The notes: a model not told the origin generated them from the letters alone. A stretch of DNA of 64,000 nucleotides from Candidatus Methylacidiphilales bacterium (GCA_026225555.1 JAMFSY010000017.1:3602-67601); one strand, 5' to 3'. Shown: positions 19,303 through 28,801, counted from the stretch's first letter. Program-made: numbers and translations.

Positions 19303-20088
19303 CTAAGTCAGCCGGTCTTCTTCCAGATCGATCAGCTCGAAGTAGGTCTCAACCTTCTTCTTGGTCGGCGCGCAGACCGCTCGGCGCTGCTCGAAAGCGG
19401 CCAGCTTTTCCGGGGAATCGGGACGGCGATTGCAGAACTTATTATTGAAATCGGTGATGGCGTGATCGCTCGGCCACGCCGGGCCCAACCGTTCCTTGAG
19501 CGCGCTGAGCACGCCTTCGTCGGTCGGATTCTTCGCCACGAGCTGCTCGAAGACCGCGCCTTCCAGGCAAAGAAAATCGAGCAACGTTTTGTCGAAGCCA
19601 AAAGTGAGATAATTATAGCCGGGCAATTTACCCGCCGGGAAAAGCCGCGCCTTGTCGACCATGCGGGGCAGATGATAAAGATCGCCCAGCTTTTCGAACG
19701 GCGACCGCGGCGGAACTTCGGGCGCGGTGGAAATCGGCAGCCCCTGCTCACGCCAGCCGCGAAAACCGCCATCGACGGAAAGAACATTCGTGTAGCCCAT
19801 CTTCTGCAGGGTGTCAACCGCCAGCGCGGAACGGTAACCGCCGCCGCAATAGCAAAGAACGCGCGCATGGGGATTCGGAATCCGCTGTTCGATATCGCGC
19901 TCGATCACGCCCTTGCCGAGATGCACCGCGCCGGGCGCGTGGCCGGCGTGCCATTCGCTCTCCTCGCGGACATCGACGAGGTAGACCCCCGGCTTCTTCG
20001 CCTCGATATAGGCTTCGTGAACGGTGACTTCTTTGATGCGCCTTTTGGCGTCTTCGACCAGTTTGAGGAATTGCGGGCTATGGAGCAT
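19303..20088 (-). CDS. Rhodanese domain fused to a DUF5069-like domain
   Basis: LVDVREESEW..GHAPGA.HL, active-site CYCGGGYRS; C-terminal PRSPFEKLGDLYHLPRMVDKAR. Confidence 0.8.
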   Translation of the reverse strand: MLHSPQFLKLVEDAKRRIKEVTVHEAYIEAKKPGVYLVDVREESEWHAGHAPGAVHLGKGVIERDIEQRIPNPHARVLCYCGGGYRSALAVDTLQKMGYTNVLSVDGGFRGWREQGLPISTAPEVPPRSPFEKLGDLYHLPRMVDKARLFPAGKLPGYNYLTFGFDKTLLDFLCLEGAVFEQLVAKNPTDEGVLSALKERLGPAWPSDHAITDFNNKFCNRRPDSPEKLAAFEQRRAVCAPTKKKVETYFELIDLEEDRLT

Positions 20089-20223
20089 GGGGAAAGGAAC
20101 TTTGGCTCACTTTCGCCGGGGTTCAAGTTTTCCCTTAAATTGAAGTTCGGGCCCGCCCGGTCCCGGTCGTCCTTTTTCGGACAACCTCTAGCCAACCGGC
20201 GCGGGTGATGGCAGGTTAAAGCC

Positions 20224-21072
20224 ATGCAGGCTCATGCGTGGAAACTGAAGACGCGAACGCTGGAATGGCAGGGCCGCCCGCTCGTCATGGGCATCCTCAA
20301 CGTCACGCCCGACTCCTTCTCGGACGGCGGCCAATACCTCGATCCCGACCGGGCGCTCGATCGCGCGCTGGAACTGGAAGCGGAGGGCGCAGACCTCCTT
20401 GATATCGGCGGCGAATCGACCCGGCCCGGCGCCACGCTCATCAGCGCCGAGGTCGAGCTGGCGCGAATCCTTCCCGTCCTGCGCAAGCTGCAGGGCCGCC
20501 TGGCGATTCCGCTTTCCGTCGATACCTGGAAGGCACCCGTGGCCGATGCCGCCTTGCAGGAAGGCGCGGAGGTCATCAACGATGTGAGCGCGGGCCGATG
20601 GGATCCGCTGCTCTGGTCCCGGGTGGTGGAACATCGCGCGGGCTACATCCTGATGCATGCCCTCACCCAACCCGGCACGATGCAGGAAGCGCCCTCCTAT
20701 GACGATGTCACCGGCGAGATCATCGATTTCCTGGGCAAATTCCTCGCCCGCGCGGAGGAAAACGGGCTGGAACTGGAATCCATGGTCTGCGATCCCGGCT
20801 TCGGTTTCGGCAAGACTCTCTGCCACAATCTCGCCCTATTGCGGGACCTGGCAGCCTTCCGCGTTTTGCGCCGGCCGCTCCTGGTGGGACTCTCCCGGAA
20901 ATCTTTTCTAAAATTAATTGGCGGTTCGGAGCCTTTGGCGATAACAAACGAACTGGCCTTGATGTGGGCGACGGCGCATGGCGCGGCGATTTGGCGGGTG
21001 CATGATGTTCCCTCCGCCTTGCAGGCCGCGCGTGTGGCGGGTGCCCTGGCGCGCGGGGCCGGTACCGCATGA
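20224..21072 (+). CDS. folP: Dihydropteroate synthase
   Basis: MGILNVTPDSFSDGG, DIGGESTRPGA, SVDT, INDVS, DPGFGFGK, SRKSF, RVHDV. Confidence 0.95.
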   Translation: MQAHAWKLKTRTLEWQGRPLVMGILNVTPDSFSDGGQYLDPDRALDRALELEAEGADLLDIGGESTRPGATLISAEVELARILPVLRKLQGRLAIPLSVDTWKAPVADAALQEGAEVINDVSAGRWDPLLWSRVVEHRAGYILMHALTQPGTMQEAPSYDDVTGEIIDFLGKFLARAEENGLELESMVCDPGFGFGKTLCHNLALLRDLAAFRVLRRPLLVGLSRKSFLKLIGGSEPLAITNELALMWATAHGAAIWRVHDVPSALQAARVAGALARGAGTA

Positions 21073-21872
21073 TCTCCTATCTCCACGACCATTTTGGGCT
21101 TTTCCTGGAAGCCTCGCGATCTTTCATCGAGGTGCTGATCCTGGCCATGGGGATCTATTACCTGTGGAAGCTTTTTCGCGGAACGCGCGGCGCACGCGTG
21201 CTCGCCGGATTCGGCTTCGTCCTCGCCACGCTTTCGCTGCTCGCCAAGATCCTGGCGCTGACCGTCATCATCAAGCTGCTCGGAGTTTCCTCGACCTTCC
21301 TGGTCATCGCGGTGGTCGTCATTTTCCAGCCGGAGCTGCGCCGGATTTTTGCCGAGGTCGGCAGCCGCCCGCTCATGGGTTTGCATCGCCAGCAGACCGA
21401 AGTCATCGAGGTGGTCATCAGCGCGCTCGAGCAATTGCAACAGGATGGCCACGGCGCCCTCATCGCCTTCGAGCGTGAAATCACCTACGGCCCCGCCCGC
21501 GAAAACGGCACGCTGCTTGACGCGAAAGTCAGCGAGGATTTACTGACCACCATCTTCTATCCCAAGACTTCGCTCCATGACGGCGGCACGATCATCGTGC
21601 AGGACCGCATCGCGGTCTCCGCCGCCATCTTTCCGCTGACCCAGGCGGAAGGTCTCCAGCGCACACTCGGCCTGCGCCACCGCGCGGCCCTCGGCCTGAG
21701 CGATGAGACCGACGCGGTTGTCGTCGTGCTTTCGGAAGAAACTGGCATCATCTCGCTCGCCGTCGGCGGGGAATTGCGCCGCCCCCTCACCACCGACGAG
21801 CTCCGCTCCCAGCTCGTCGCCATCCTGCAAAATAACGATGCAAAATCCCTTGTCCCACAACTGGCAAGCTAA
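21069..21872 (+). CDS. cdaA: Membrane-bound diadenylate cyclase
   Basis: Three N-terminal TM helices, VIFQPELRR, GALI, LHDGG, GLRHRAALGLSDETDA, VLSEETG. Confidence 0.92.
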   Translation: MISYLHDHFGLFLEASRSFIEVLILAMGIYYLWKLFRGTRGARVLAGFGFVLATLSLLAKILALTVIIKLLGVSSTFLVIAVVVIFQPELRRIFAEVGSRPLMGLHRQQTEVIEVVISALEQLQQDGHGALIAFEREITYGPARENGTLLDAKVSEDLLTTIFYPKTSLHDGGTIIVQDRIAVSAAIFPLTQAEGLQRTLGLRHRAALGLSDETDAVVVVLSEETGIISLAVGGELRRPLTTDELRSQLVAILQNNDAKSLVPQLAS

Positions 21873-21981
21873 GCTGGTTTCCTTCCTCATCGCTCTCGCC
21901 ATCTGGGCCTACGTGAAGAACCTCATCCAGCCCGGTTTTCTCGACCAGCTGATGACGGGGACTTTCACGCCGGGGAGATAG
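21838..21981 (+). CDS. 47-aa membrane peptide resembling the CdaR N-terminal anchor
   Basis: MQNPLSHNWQAKLVSFLIALAIWAYV..., the N..K..S...A..LW pattern of CdaR/YbbR N-termini; overlaps the 3' end of cdaA. Confidence 0.65.
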   Translation: MQNPLSHNWQAKLVSFLIALAIWAYVKNLIQPGFLDQLMTGTFTPGR

Positions 21982-22023
21982 CGGTCATTGCGGCCCCGCC
22001 GGATTGTGCGAGGCTGGTAAAGA

Positions 22024-22482
22024 ATGAGCACGTCAACTGAATCGCCCGGCCAGGAGTCGTTGACTTCAATCAAGCACCCGCTCGTGCTTTTCTACGATGG
22101 TGAATGCGCCTTCTGCAATCGCTGGATAGCCAAGGTGATGAAGGCCGACAAGCTGCGCCGGATCCGCGTGGGCACCAAGCAGGGCCCCACCTTCCAGCGC
22201 GTGGCGCAGGCCCATCCCCAAGTCGCGAACGTCGATTCTGTCATCCTCATCGCGCGGAATGTCGAGGGCCGCGAGGATTTCCTGGTGAGAAGTTCCGCCA
22301 TTCGCGTGCTCATCGACGGCTTGCCCGGTTTCCGCATTTTCGCCCTCATTCTGCACCTGGTGCCGACACCGATCAGCGATCTCGGCTACGCGATTTTCTC
22401 CAAGCTGCGGACGCCGCTCTTCGGCAAGTGGCATCATTGCCGCGTGCCGCTTGAAGAGGATAAAGAGCTGTATCTCGATTAA
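22024..22482 (+). CDS. DCC1-like (DUF393) thiol-disulfide oxidoreductase family protein
   Basis: LVLFYDGECAFCNRW, DSVIL, RSSA, DLGY...SKLR..LFG. Confidence 0.88.
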   Translation: MSTSTESPGQESLTSIKHPLVLFYDGECAFCNRWIAKVMKADKLRRIRVGTKQGPTFQRVAQAHPQVANVDSVILIARNVEGREDFLVRSSAIRVLIDGLPGFRIFALILHLVPTPISDLGYAIFSKLRTPLFGKWHHCRVPLEEDKELYLD

Positions 22483-22518
22483 GGAATAGAAGCCGCGCTC
22501 TGAATCGGGCCGATCTCG

Positions 22519-23058
22519 ATGAACTACTCCAAGCTCATATTATCGCTCGTCATTGTATCTGTCGGAGCAACGCTGGGAGTTATTTTTCAATACGAGTTAT
22601 TTGCCGATTATGTGGACACACTGGAAGGTCTTGCGATCTTTGTGCCACTCTCACTGGTAATCGGGGTTATCGCTTTAACCTTCTTGTTAGCCAAGCGCCG
22701 CATTGGGAAGATTCTTAGCTACAGTTTGGTAGTCAGTACCTCATGCGTGCTCTCTTTGGTCGTCTTTGAAATGACCGGCGATTTGATCAACAAATGGAAG
22801 TTGGACGCGGTCACGAGCTATGTCGCGCGTGCCGTTCCTGTTTTGGACCGGATAAAACAGAAGGAAGGATCTTATCCTTCAAAGCTTCCCCTCGACCTTC
22901 TGGGTAAACCGCCTGAACTTTTGCGCGAGTATGGAGATTACAGCGCAACCGGCTCTACGTTTTGTTTTGAATACACCGACGAACCCGCCGGATGGGCCGG
23001 CGGCGAAGGATTCATCAAATTCGATAGCGTAGGGCGAAAGTGGATGGATGATCGCTGA
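22519..23058 (+). CDS. Hypothetical membrane protein, lower GC
   Basis: 179-aa ORF with three hydrophobic segments; fills the gap between convergent genes. Confidence 0.6.
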   Translation: MNYSKLILSLVIVSVGATLGVIFQYELFADYVDTLEGLAIFVPLSLVIGVIALTFLLAKRRIGKILSYSLVVSTSCVLSLVVFEMTGDLINKWKLDAVTSYVARAVPVLDRIKQKEGSYPSKLPLDLLGKPPELLREYGDYSATGSTFCFEYTDEPAGWAGGEGFIKFDSVGRKWMDDR

Positions 23059-23073
23059 TCGTTAGATTACCCT

Positions 23074-24009
23074 TTAGTAATTCTCCGTCTCTTCGCCGAG
23101 GAACCGCTCCGCTTCGATCGCCGCGGCACAACCGGTCCCGGCCGCCGTAATCGCCTGCCGATAGACCGAGTCCGCCACATCCCCCGCGGCGAAAACGCCG
23201 GGGATATTGGTCCGCGTGCCGCCCTGCAGCTTGAGGTAGCCATTGGGCTCAACTTCCAGCGCGCCGCCAAAAACGGCCGTGTTCGGCACATGCCCAACCG
23301 CGACGAAAACTCCGGCGCAGGCCAGCGTGCTCGTCTCACCGGTGGTGATATTCTTGAGCTTCACGCCGGTGACTTTCTTCTGCGCGACGTCGAGCACTTC
23401 GGTGACGACGCTGTTCCAGATCGGCTTGATCTTCGGATTCTTCAGCGCGCGTTCCTGCATGATCACGCTGGCGCGGAAGGAATCCCGGCGATGCACGAGA
23501 TACACTTCGGAAGCAAAGCGGGTCAGGTAGGTGGCCTCCTCCAGCGCTGAATCCCCTCCCCCGACAACGACGAGAGGTTGGTTCCGGAACTGCGGCAACG
23601 CGCCGTCGCAAGTCGCGCAATAAGTGACGCCCACTTTTTCCAGCAGCGCCTCCGAATCGAGCCCAAGCCGGCGCGGACTGGAACCGGTGGCGACGATGAC
23701 CGTCTTCGTCAGAATCGGATCACCATCGACGACCAACTTCAAGGGATGGCCGGAAAAATCGACGCTGTCCAAATTGCCGAAGCTGATGCGCGCGCCGAAG
23801 CGTTGCGCCTGTTTTTGCAGGTTCTGCATCAGTTCGAAGCCATCGATGCCCTCGGGGAAGCCGGGAAAGTTCTCCACGATGCTGGTCGTGGTCAGCAATC
23901 CGCCGGGCTGCGTGCCGGTGAGGACGAGCGGGGCGAGATTGGCCCGCGCCGTGTAAATCGCCGCCGTGAGTCCAGCGCAACCGGTACCGATAATGACAAC
24001 TTGTTCCAT
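23074..24009 (-). CDS. trxB: Thioredoxin-disulfide reductase
   Basis: IIGTGCAGLTAAIYTARA, GVTYCATCDG, VGGGDSALEEA, VFAAGDVAD..YRQAITAAGTG; start at ATG 24009. Confidence 0.95.
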   Translation of the reverse strand: MEQVVIIGTGCAGLTAAIYTARANLAPLVLTGTQPGGLLTTTSIVENFPGFPEGIDGFELMQNLQKQAQRFGARISFGNLDSVDFSGHPLKLVVDGDPILTKTVIVATGSSPRRLGLDSEALLEKVGVTYCATCDGALPQFRNQPLVVVGGGDSALEEATYLTRFASEVYLVHRRDSFRASVIMQERALKNPKIKPIWNSVVTEVLDVAQKKVTGVKLKNITTGETSTLACAGVFVAVGHVPNTAVFGGALEVEPNGYLKLQGGTRTNIPGVFAAGDVADSVYRQAITAAGTGCAAAIEAERFLGEETENY

Positions 24010-24141
24010 AGAGGGGATCAACATGCCATGCTTGGGGAGTTTGGAAAATGTTTTCGGTGGAAGGGTAATTGCGATCGACCGTCCCTTGCACCGAAATGGG
24101 TTGTTTCAAGAATAAGGACAAGCTTAAATCCAGGCTCGTAG

Positions 24142-24780
24142 ATGAAGACTTCCTTCTTCGCTCTTTTCCTGCTCCTGCTCTCGATCGGAAACGGATGCTG
24201 CCAGATTATCGACCAGGAATACCTGGTAAATTTTTCGGCCGAAAGCGACGCGACGAACATCAATTTTGCCTCACCCATCGGCCAGTCCTTTACGCCGATA
24301 TTGACGAGCCTGAATTTCGTTAACCTAAGGCTAATTGATAGCAACTCCGCCACGACCGGGGCCACTTACGAGGTCAATATCTATTCCGGCGTGGGCATGA
24401 ATGGTCTTTTGCTGGGCACAAGTTCCGCAGTCTTCCTGCCCAATGATTTTGGAACCACCGAGATGACGCCCAATGGCACCCCCGAAGGCGGTGTGGTGGA
24501 CTTCAGTTTTTCCACTCCCATTTCCCTGACACCCTTCGGCACCTATACTTTGCAAATCCAACCCTTATCCGGAGAGAACTTTTTCCTGATAGGCGACCAT
24601 TCGAGTGGCTCCACCTATGCCGGAGGCCAGGCCATCCTGGGAGGGAGTACCGCCCTTGGGGACGTGTGGTTCCAAGAGGGCATAGCGATTCCGGAGCCTT
24701 CCGCGACGGCGATTCTCCTAGGCGGGCTGGGACTTCTCGCCGGACAACTACTATTCCGCGCCAGGAAGATCATTTTTTAG
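24142..24780 (+). CDS. PEP-CTERM sorting-domain surface protein
   Basis: Signal peptide, Ser/Thr/Gly-rich body, C-terminal IPEPS + TM helix + basic RARK. Confidence 0.88.
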   Translation: MKTSFFALFLLLLSIGNGCCQIIDQEYLVNFSAESDATNINFASPIGQSFTPILTSLNFVNLRLIDSNSATTGATYEVNIYSGVGMNGLLLGTSSAVFLPNDFGTTEMTPNGTPEGGVVDFSFSTPISLTPFGTYTLQIQPLSGENFFLIGDHSSGSTYAGGQAILGGSTALGDVWFQEGIAIPEPSATAILLGGLGLLAGQLLFRARKIIF

Positions 24781-24846
24781 TCGTATCCTTCCCGCCCCCG
24801 GCAGGTTTTCCTGTCAAAAAAATCACGGGCGGGAATAATCTCCACC

Positions 24847-25233
24847 ATGAGTGAATCGCCCCAGGACAAGTTTGCGGAGTTATTTCGGATGCAGCAGTCG
24901 TTGAATGAACGCATCGGCGTCCATACCCAGGGCATGTCCGAGGAGGAGCAAACGAAATGGGTGCTGAACTACACCCGCGCCATGTCCCAGGAAATGGCCG
25001 AGCTGACCGACTCGGTGCCCTGGAAATGGTGGGCGAAGTACCAAAAATTCGACGCGCAGAATGCGAAGGTGGAAGTGGTCGATCTTTTCCATTTCGTCAT
25101 CTCCCTCGCGCAGGTGCTGGGCATGTCCTCCGACGATGTCTTCGCCGCTTATGTGAAAAAAAACGAGGTCAATTTCAAGCGCCAGGACGCCGGTTACATC
25201 GTCAAGGACGAGGCCGATTCCCGGCACATCTAG
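24847..25233 (+). CDS. Dimeric all-alpha dUTPase family protein
   Basis: MQQSLN.RI, EMAEL.DSVPWKWW, KVEVVDLFHF, YVKKNEVNFKRQ. Confidence 0.85.
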   Translation: MSESPQDKFAELFRMQQSLNERIGVHTQGMSEEEQTKWVLNYTRAMSQEMAELTDSVPWKWWAKYQKFDAQNAKVEVVDLFHFVISLAQVLGMSSDDVFAAYVKKNEVNFKRQDAGYIVKDEADSRHI

Positions 25234-25291
25234 GACAAAGACGGCGATCGATGAGACCGCCGCCTTTTCCAGGCTGGCCCGCGATCACTCC

Positions 25292-25533
25292 CTAAAAGTA
25301 GTGATCGCGAAGCGAGCCGTCGAAACCACCTTTACGCAGGCAACAAGCTTTGAAATTTGCGAGTCGAACCACAAGGGCAGAGATCGTTCCGGCCCAGCTT
25401 CTCGACCAACTCCTTGTCGCCGCCGACGATGCGGTTTCCGCGCTTCACGCGCGTTTCGGATGGGAAGCCCTTTCGGCGCTTACTGGTGCGCTCGAAAAAA
25501 GGGGGCTTCTTGATGTGAATGGATTTTTGCCAT
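25292..25533 (-). CDS. Small SEC-C zinc-finger protein split over three frames (needs two +1 shifts)
   Basis: AGGAGG Shine-Dalgarno 5 nt before ATG 25533. Frame 0 [13 protein letters not shown]; +1 frame [47 protein letters not shown]; +2 frame [19 protein letters not shown]-stop. Not in the ORF track. Confidence 0.72.
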
Positions 25534-25561
25534 ACGTGCCTCCTGTTTAGGTTAAGGACGC

Positions 25562-25590
25562 AGAATGAGAGCCAGCCGGACTGAAGTCAA
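25562..25590 (-). promoter_or_regulatory. Sigma70-like promoter of the SEC-C gene
   Basis: Minus strand TTGACT-17 nt-CATTCT, with the -10 about 28 nt upstream of the ATG. Confidence 0.6.
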
Positions 25591-25673
25591 TGTCTTCGAA
25601 AAAACGCAACCCACCGTCAGAAAATAGCAACCGAGCGTTAGCGCCCTCCCCAACTTCGGGGCATGCTAGTGCG

Positions 25674-26699
25674 ATGCAAATGTCTTCAACCGCGCAGGAT
25701 GCCTCTCTCTCCACGGGCACCTCGCCCTGGCGGCGCCTCATTTATTTCATCGTCGCGCTGAGCCTCCTCCCGATCCTGGCGATCCTGATCTGGCAGGGAA
25801 TCACCTCTCATGGCAGCCCCGACCCGACCGCGCCGCAGACCAGCCATCTCTCGGCCATCCTCGATATCTCCGTCCTCGTCTTTCGCGAAGGGCTGGAAAG
25901 CATCCTCGTCCTCGCTGCCATCACCGCCGGTCTAAGCCGCAAGCAGGAAGGGCGCTCCTTCCCGATTTTCGTGGGAGCCAGCACCGGGTTCATCGCCACG
26001 CTGATCACCTGGTACATCGTCCGCGGCATCGTGACCGATATCAGCGAGCAGGTCTCCTACCTCGCGCTCCAGGCCATCACCGGCCTGCTGGCGGTTGTCG
26101 TCCTGCTCGTGGTTATGAATTGGTTCTTCCACAAGGTTTACTGGGGCGGCTGGATCACGGTGCATAATCGCCGCAAAAAGGAGTTGCTGGAATCGGCGGG
26201 AACCACTTCGCCCGGCGTCGTTTTCTGGGGCCTCGTTTTGCTCGGCCTCACCTCGGTCTACCGCGAGGGCTTCGAAGTCGTGCTCTTCCTGCAAAGTTAC
26301 TTCCTCAAGCTGGGCGGCTGGACCGTGCTTTACGGATCGCTGCTCGGTCTGGGGCTGACCCTGATCGTGGCCTTCGTTACGTTCTGGGCGCATCAGCGGA
26401 TGCCTTACCGCAAAATGCTCATTATCACCGGCGTGCTGCTCGGTTTTGTGCTCCTGGTCATGGTCGGCGAGGAGGCCAACGAGATGCAACTGGCCAAATG
26501 GATTTCCACCACGCCGATTCACGCATTGGATAAGTTCATGCCCGATTGGACCGGCGTCTGGTTCTCCCTCTTCCCCAACGTGGAAACCATCGTGGCGCAG
26601 GCCGTGGCGGCCCTCTTGGTCATTGGCTCGTACTTCATCTCCGGTCGCGTGATGCACTCCAACACGCCCGGCGGAGAGGATGTCGAGCCGATCAGCTAG
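25674..26699 (+). CDS. FTR1/EfeU-family iron permease
   Basis: Two REGLE/REGFE motifs, multi-TM. Start uncertain (25590, 25674 or 25680). Confidence 0.88.
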   Translation: MQMSSTAQDASLSTGTSPWRRLIYFIVALSLLPILAILIWQGITSHGSPDPTAPQTSHLSAILDISVLVFREGLESILVLAAITAGLSRKQEGRSFPIFVGASTGFIATLITWYIVRGIVTDISEQVSYLALQAITGLLAVVVLLVVMNWFFHKVYWGGWITVHNRRKKELLESAGTTSPGVVFWGLVLLGLTSVYREGFEVVLFLQSYFLKLGGWTVLYGSLLGLGLTLIVAFVTFWAHQRMPYRKMLIITGVLLGFVLLVMVGEEANEMQLAKWISTTPIHALDKFMPDWTGVWFSLFPNVETIVAQAVAALLVIGSYFISGRVMHSNTPGGEDVEPIS

Positions 26700-26989
26700 G
26701 CTTTCCGAGACGCCTGCACTCGCTCTTTGGCTGCGGCGATGAAGGTGTCGAGATCGTCGCCGTGCAGGAGGTAGCGACCATCCTTGGTCTCGATCATCAT
26801 GACGTGAAGCGGATCGCCCTCCACGCCCATGTAATTCTCCGACAGCCCCGGCTTGAGCAGGTTCCAGCCGGTCAACACGCTCTCGGCCAGGTTGATTTTC
26901 TTGATCTCCAAAATTTCTCCGTAGGGAATCAGCTTGGTCAGGCCGAAGTCGCCCGCAATCCAGATGCCCGTGGGCTCCAAAGTATACAT
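26696..26989 (-). CDS. Small hypothetical protein, possibly bacterial PH-like fold
   Basis: 97 aa; IPYGEILEIKK and IETKDGRYLL beta-rich pattern; overlaps the FTR1 stop convergently. Confidence 0.5.
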   Translation of the reverse strand: MYTLEPTGIWIAGDFGLTKLIPYGEILEIKKINLAESVLTGWNLLKPGLSENYMGVEGDPLHVMMIETKDGRYLLHGDDLDTFIAAAKERVQASRKA

Positions 26990-27061
26990 GAGGATGGTTT
27001 ATACCTTTTCGCCCGATCAGTCATCAGGATCTTCCACTCCGCGGGACAGGCCTGGAAAACC

Positions 27062-27094
27062 AAAACGGCGATCCCCTTGCGAGGATCGCCGTTT
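27062..27094 (-). terminator. Intrinsic terminator of the alpha operon
   Basis: AAACGGCGATCC-loop-GGATCGCCGTTTT just downstream of rplQ. Confidence 0.8.
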
Positions 27095-27113
27095 GTAGGA
27101 AGTAACTTCTTAC

Positions 27114-27617
27114 TTACGCTTCGGAATCGGGCTTCTCGGCTTTTGCCTTGGGAGCCTTTTCCTTTTTAGGAGCCTTCTCGGCCTTGACCTTCGGCTCGGC
27201 TTTTTCGGCCTTCTCGGCCTTTTCAGCCTTGGCCGCAGCGATGGTTTCCTGGGTTTCCAGGACGTAATCGACCCATTCCAAAAAGGCGATAGGCGCGGAA
27301 TCCGACTGGCGCGGCCCGAGCTTCACGATCCGGGTGTAACCACCCTGGCGATCCTTGAAACCAGGGGCGATTTCCTTGAAGAGCTTGGAGACAACGTCCC
27401 TCTGGCCAATCTTGGCGACGGCGAGCCGGTGCGCATGCAGCGTTCCGGTCTTGCCAAGCGTGACGAGCTTCTCGGCCAGCGGGCGAGCCGCTTTGGCTTT
27501 GGCGAGGGTGGTTTTGACGCGTTTGTGAATGATCAGACTCGCGACGAGATTCGCGAGCATGGCGTCGCGATGTTGCGACGTGCGTCCGAGTTTACGGGTA
27601 TTTTTCTGGTGGCGCAT
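27114..27617 (-). CDS. rplQ: 50S ribosomal protein L17 with Ala/Glu/Lys-rich tail
   Basis: MRHQKNTRKLGRTSQHR..ML.NL, TTLAKAK, GGYTRIVK.G.RQSDSA. Confidence 0.97.
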   Translation of the reverse strand: MRHQKNTRKLGRTSQHRDAMLANLVASLIIHKRVKTTLAKAKAARPLAEKLVTLGKTGTLHAHRLAVAKIGQRDVVSKLFKEIAPGFKDRQGGYTRIVKLGPRQSDSAPIAFLEWVDYVLETQETIAAAKAEKAEKAEKAEPKVKAEKAPKKEKAPKAKAEKPDSEA

Positions 27618-27623
27618 GGCAGG

Positions 27624-28643
27624 TTAATCGGCTTTGCCGTTAGCGTCGCTGGCTGGCAGTTCGACGAGTCCGGGCTCGAGCTTCATGCCCAGGCCGAGGC
27701 CGAGGTGCTGAAGCTTGTCCTTGATTTCATTGAGGGATTTCTTGCCGAAGTTCCGATACTTGAGCATTTCGGCTTCGGACTTCATGGCGAGCTGGCCCAC
27801 GGTGGTGATATTGGCGTTGTTGAGGCAGTTCGCGGCGCGGACCGACAGCTCGATCTCGTTGACGCTCATGTTGAGCAGCTTCTTGAGCTTGCTGTTTTCC
27901 TGGCTGACCTGCGGCTGGCTTTCCTCGAATTCAATCGTCTCCTTGTCGAAGTCGGCGAAGAGATCGAGGTGATGGCGCAGAATGGCGGAGGACTGCAACA
28001 GGGCTTCATCGGGGGTCAGGCGGCCGTCCGTCCAGACTTCGAGGATGAGCTTGTCGTAATCGGTGCGCTGGCCGACGCGCGTGTTCTCAACGTTGTACTT
28101 GACCTTGCGGACAGGTGAGAAGAGCGAATCAATGGCGATGACGCCAATCGATTGTTCGGCGTGCTTATTGTGTTCGGCGCTGGCGTAGCCGCGGCCGACT
28201 TTCACTTCCAACTCGGCTTCGAAGCGCTGCTTCTTGTCGAGGGTCGCGATAACCTGGTCGGGGTTGAGCACTTCGACCCCGGCATCGAGCTTAATGTCGC
28301 CAGCGGTGACAGGGCCTTCCTTGGTCACGTTGAGGAAAAGAACGCGGGGTTCGCGGTTGGGGAGCTTGAAGAGGACCTTCTTCAGGTTGAGCACGATGTC
28401 GGTGACGTCTTCGACCACGCCCGGGAGCGTGCCGAATTCATGGACGGCGCCTTCGAGCTTCACGGCGGCGATGGCAGCACCTTCCAAAGAGGAAAGAAGC
28501 ACGCGGCGCAGGGAATTGCCGAGGGTGTGACCATAGCCGGCCTCGAAAGGTTCGGCGATGAACTTGGCGTAATTGCCTTTGGAAACAGATTCGTCTTTAG
28601 CCAGACGATTGGGCATTTCGAAACGACCGAGGCGGATGGGCAT
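27624..28643 (-). CDS. rpoA: RNA polymerase alpha subunit
   Basis: [54 protein letters not shown]. Confidence 0.98.
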   Translation of the reverse strand: MPIRLGRFEMPNRLAKDESVSKGNYAKFIAEPFEAGYGHTLGNSLRRVLLSSLEGAAIAAVKLEGAVHEFGTLPGVVEDVTDIVLNLKKVLFKLPNREPRVLFLNVTKEGPVTAGDIKLDAGVEVLNPDQVIATLDKKQRFEAELEVKVGRGYASAEHNKHAEQSIGVIAIDSLFSPVRKVKYNVENTRVGQRTDYDKLILEVWTDGRLTPDEALLQSSAILRHHLDLFADFDKETIEFEESQPQVSQENSKLKKLLNMSVNEIELSVRAANCLNNANITTVGQLAMKSEAEMLKYRNFGKKSLNEIKDKLQHLGLGLGMKLEPGLVELPASDANGKAD

Positions 28644-28801
28644 GTTATTTTCTCCTTGGCTGGGTTACCCGAAAGCGCGATATGCCATCGCCACTCCGGA
28701 CCAACAACCAGATGACGGTGATCATTGACAACCGCCCTTTTCCGCACCGTCGGTCGGAAGAGGGACAGGCGGCCCGCAAAGAGCGGACCGCGTAAATGGA
28801 A

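Noticed and set aside
25350-25550. 66-aa plus-strand ORF in the track
   Set aside because: It is the antisense shadow of the SEC-C gene, which has the promoter, Shine-Dalgarno and a recognisable motif.
27130-27240. Short tandem repeats in rplQ and 2400-2520 as a possible CRISPR or VNTR
   Set aside because: They are in-frame coding repeats with no spacer structure and no cas genes.
28769-28791. Hairpin after rpsD as a terminator
   Set aside because: There is no U-tract and rpoA follows in the same operon; at most a stabilising stem.
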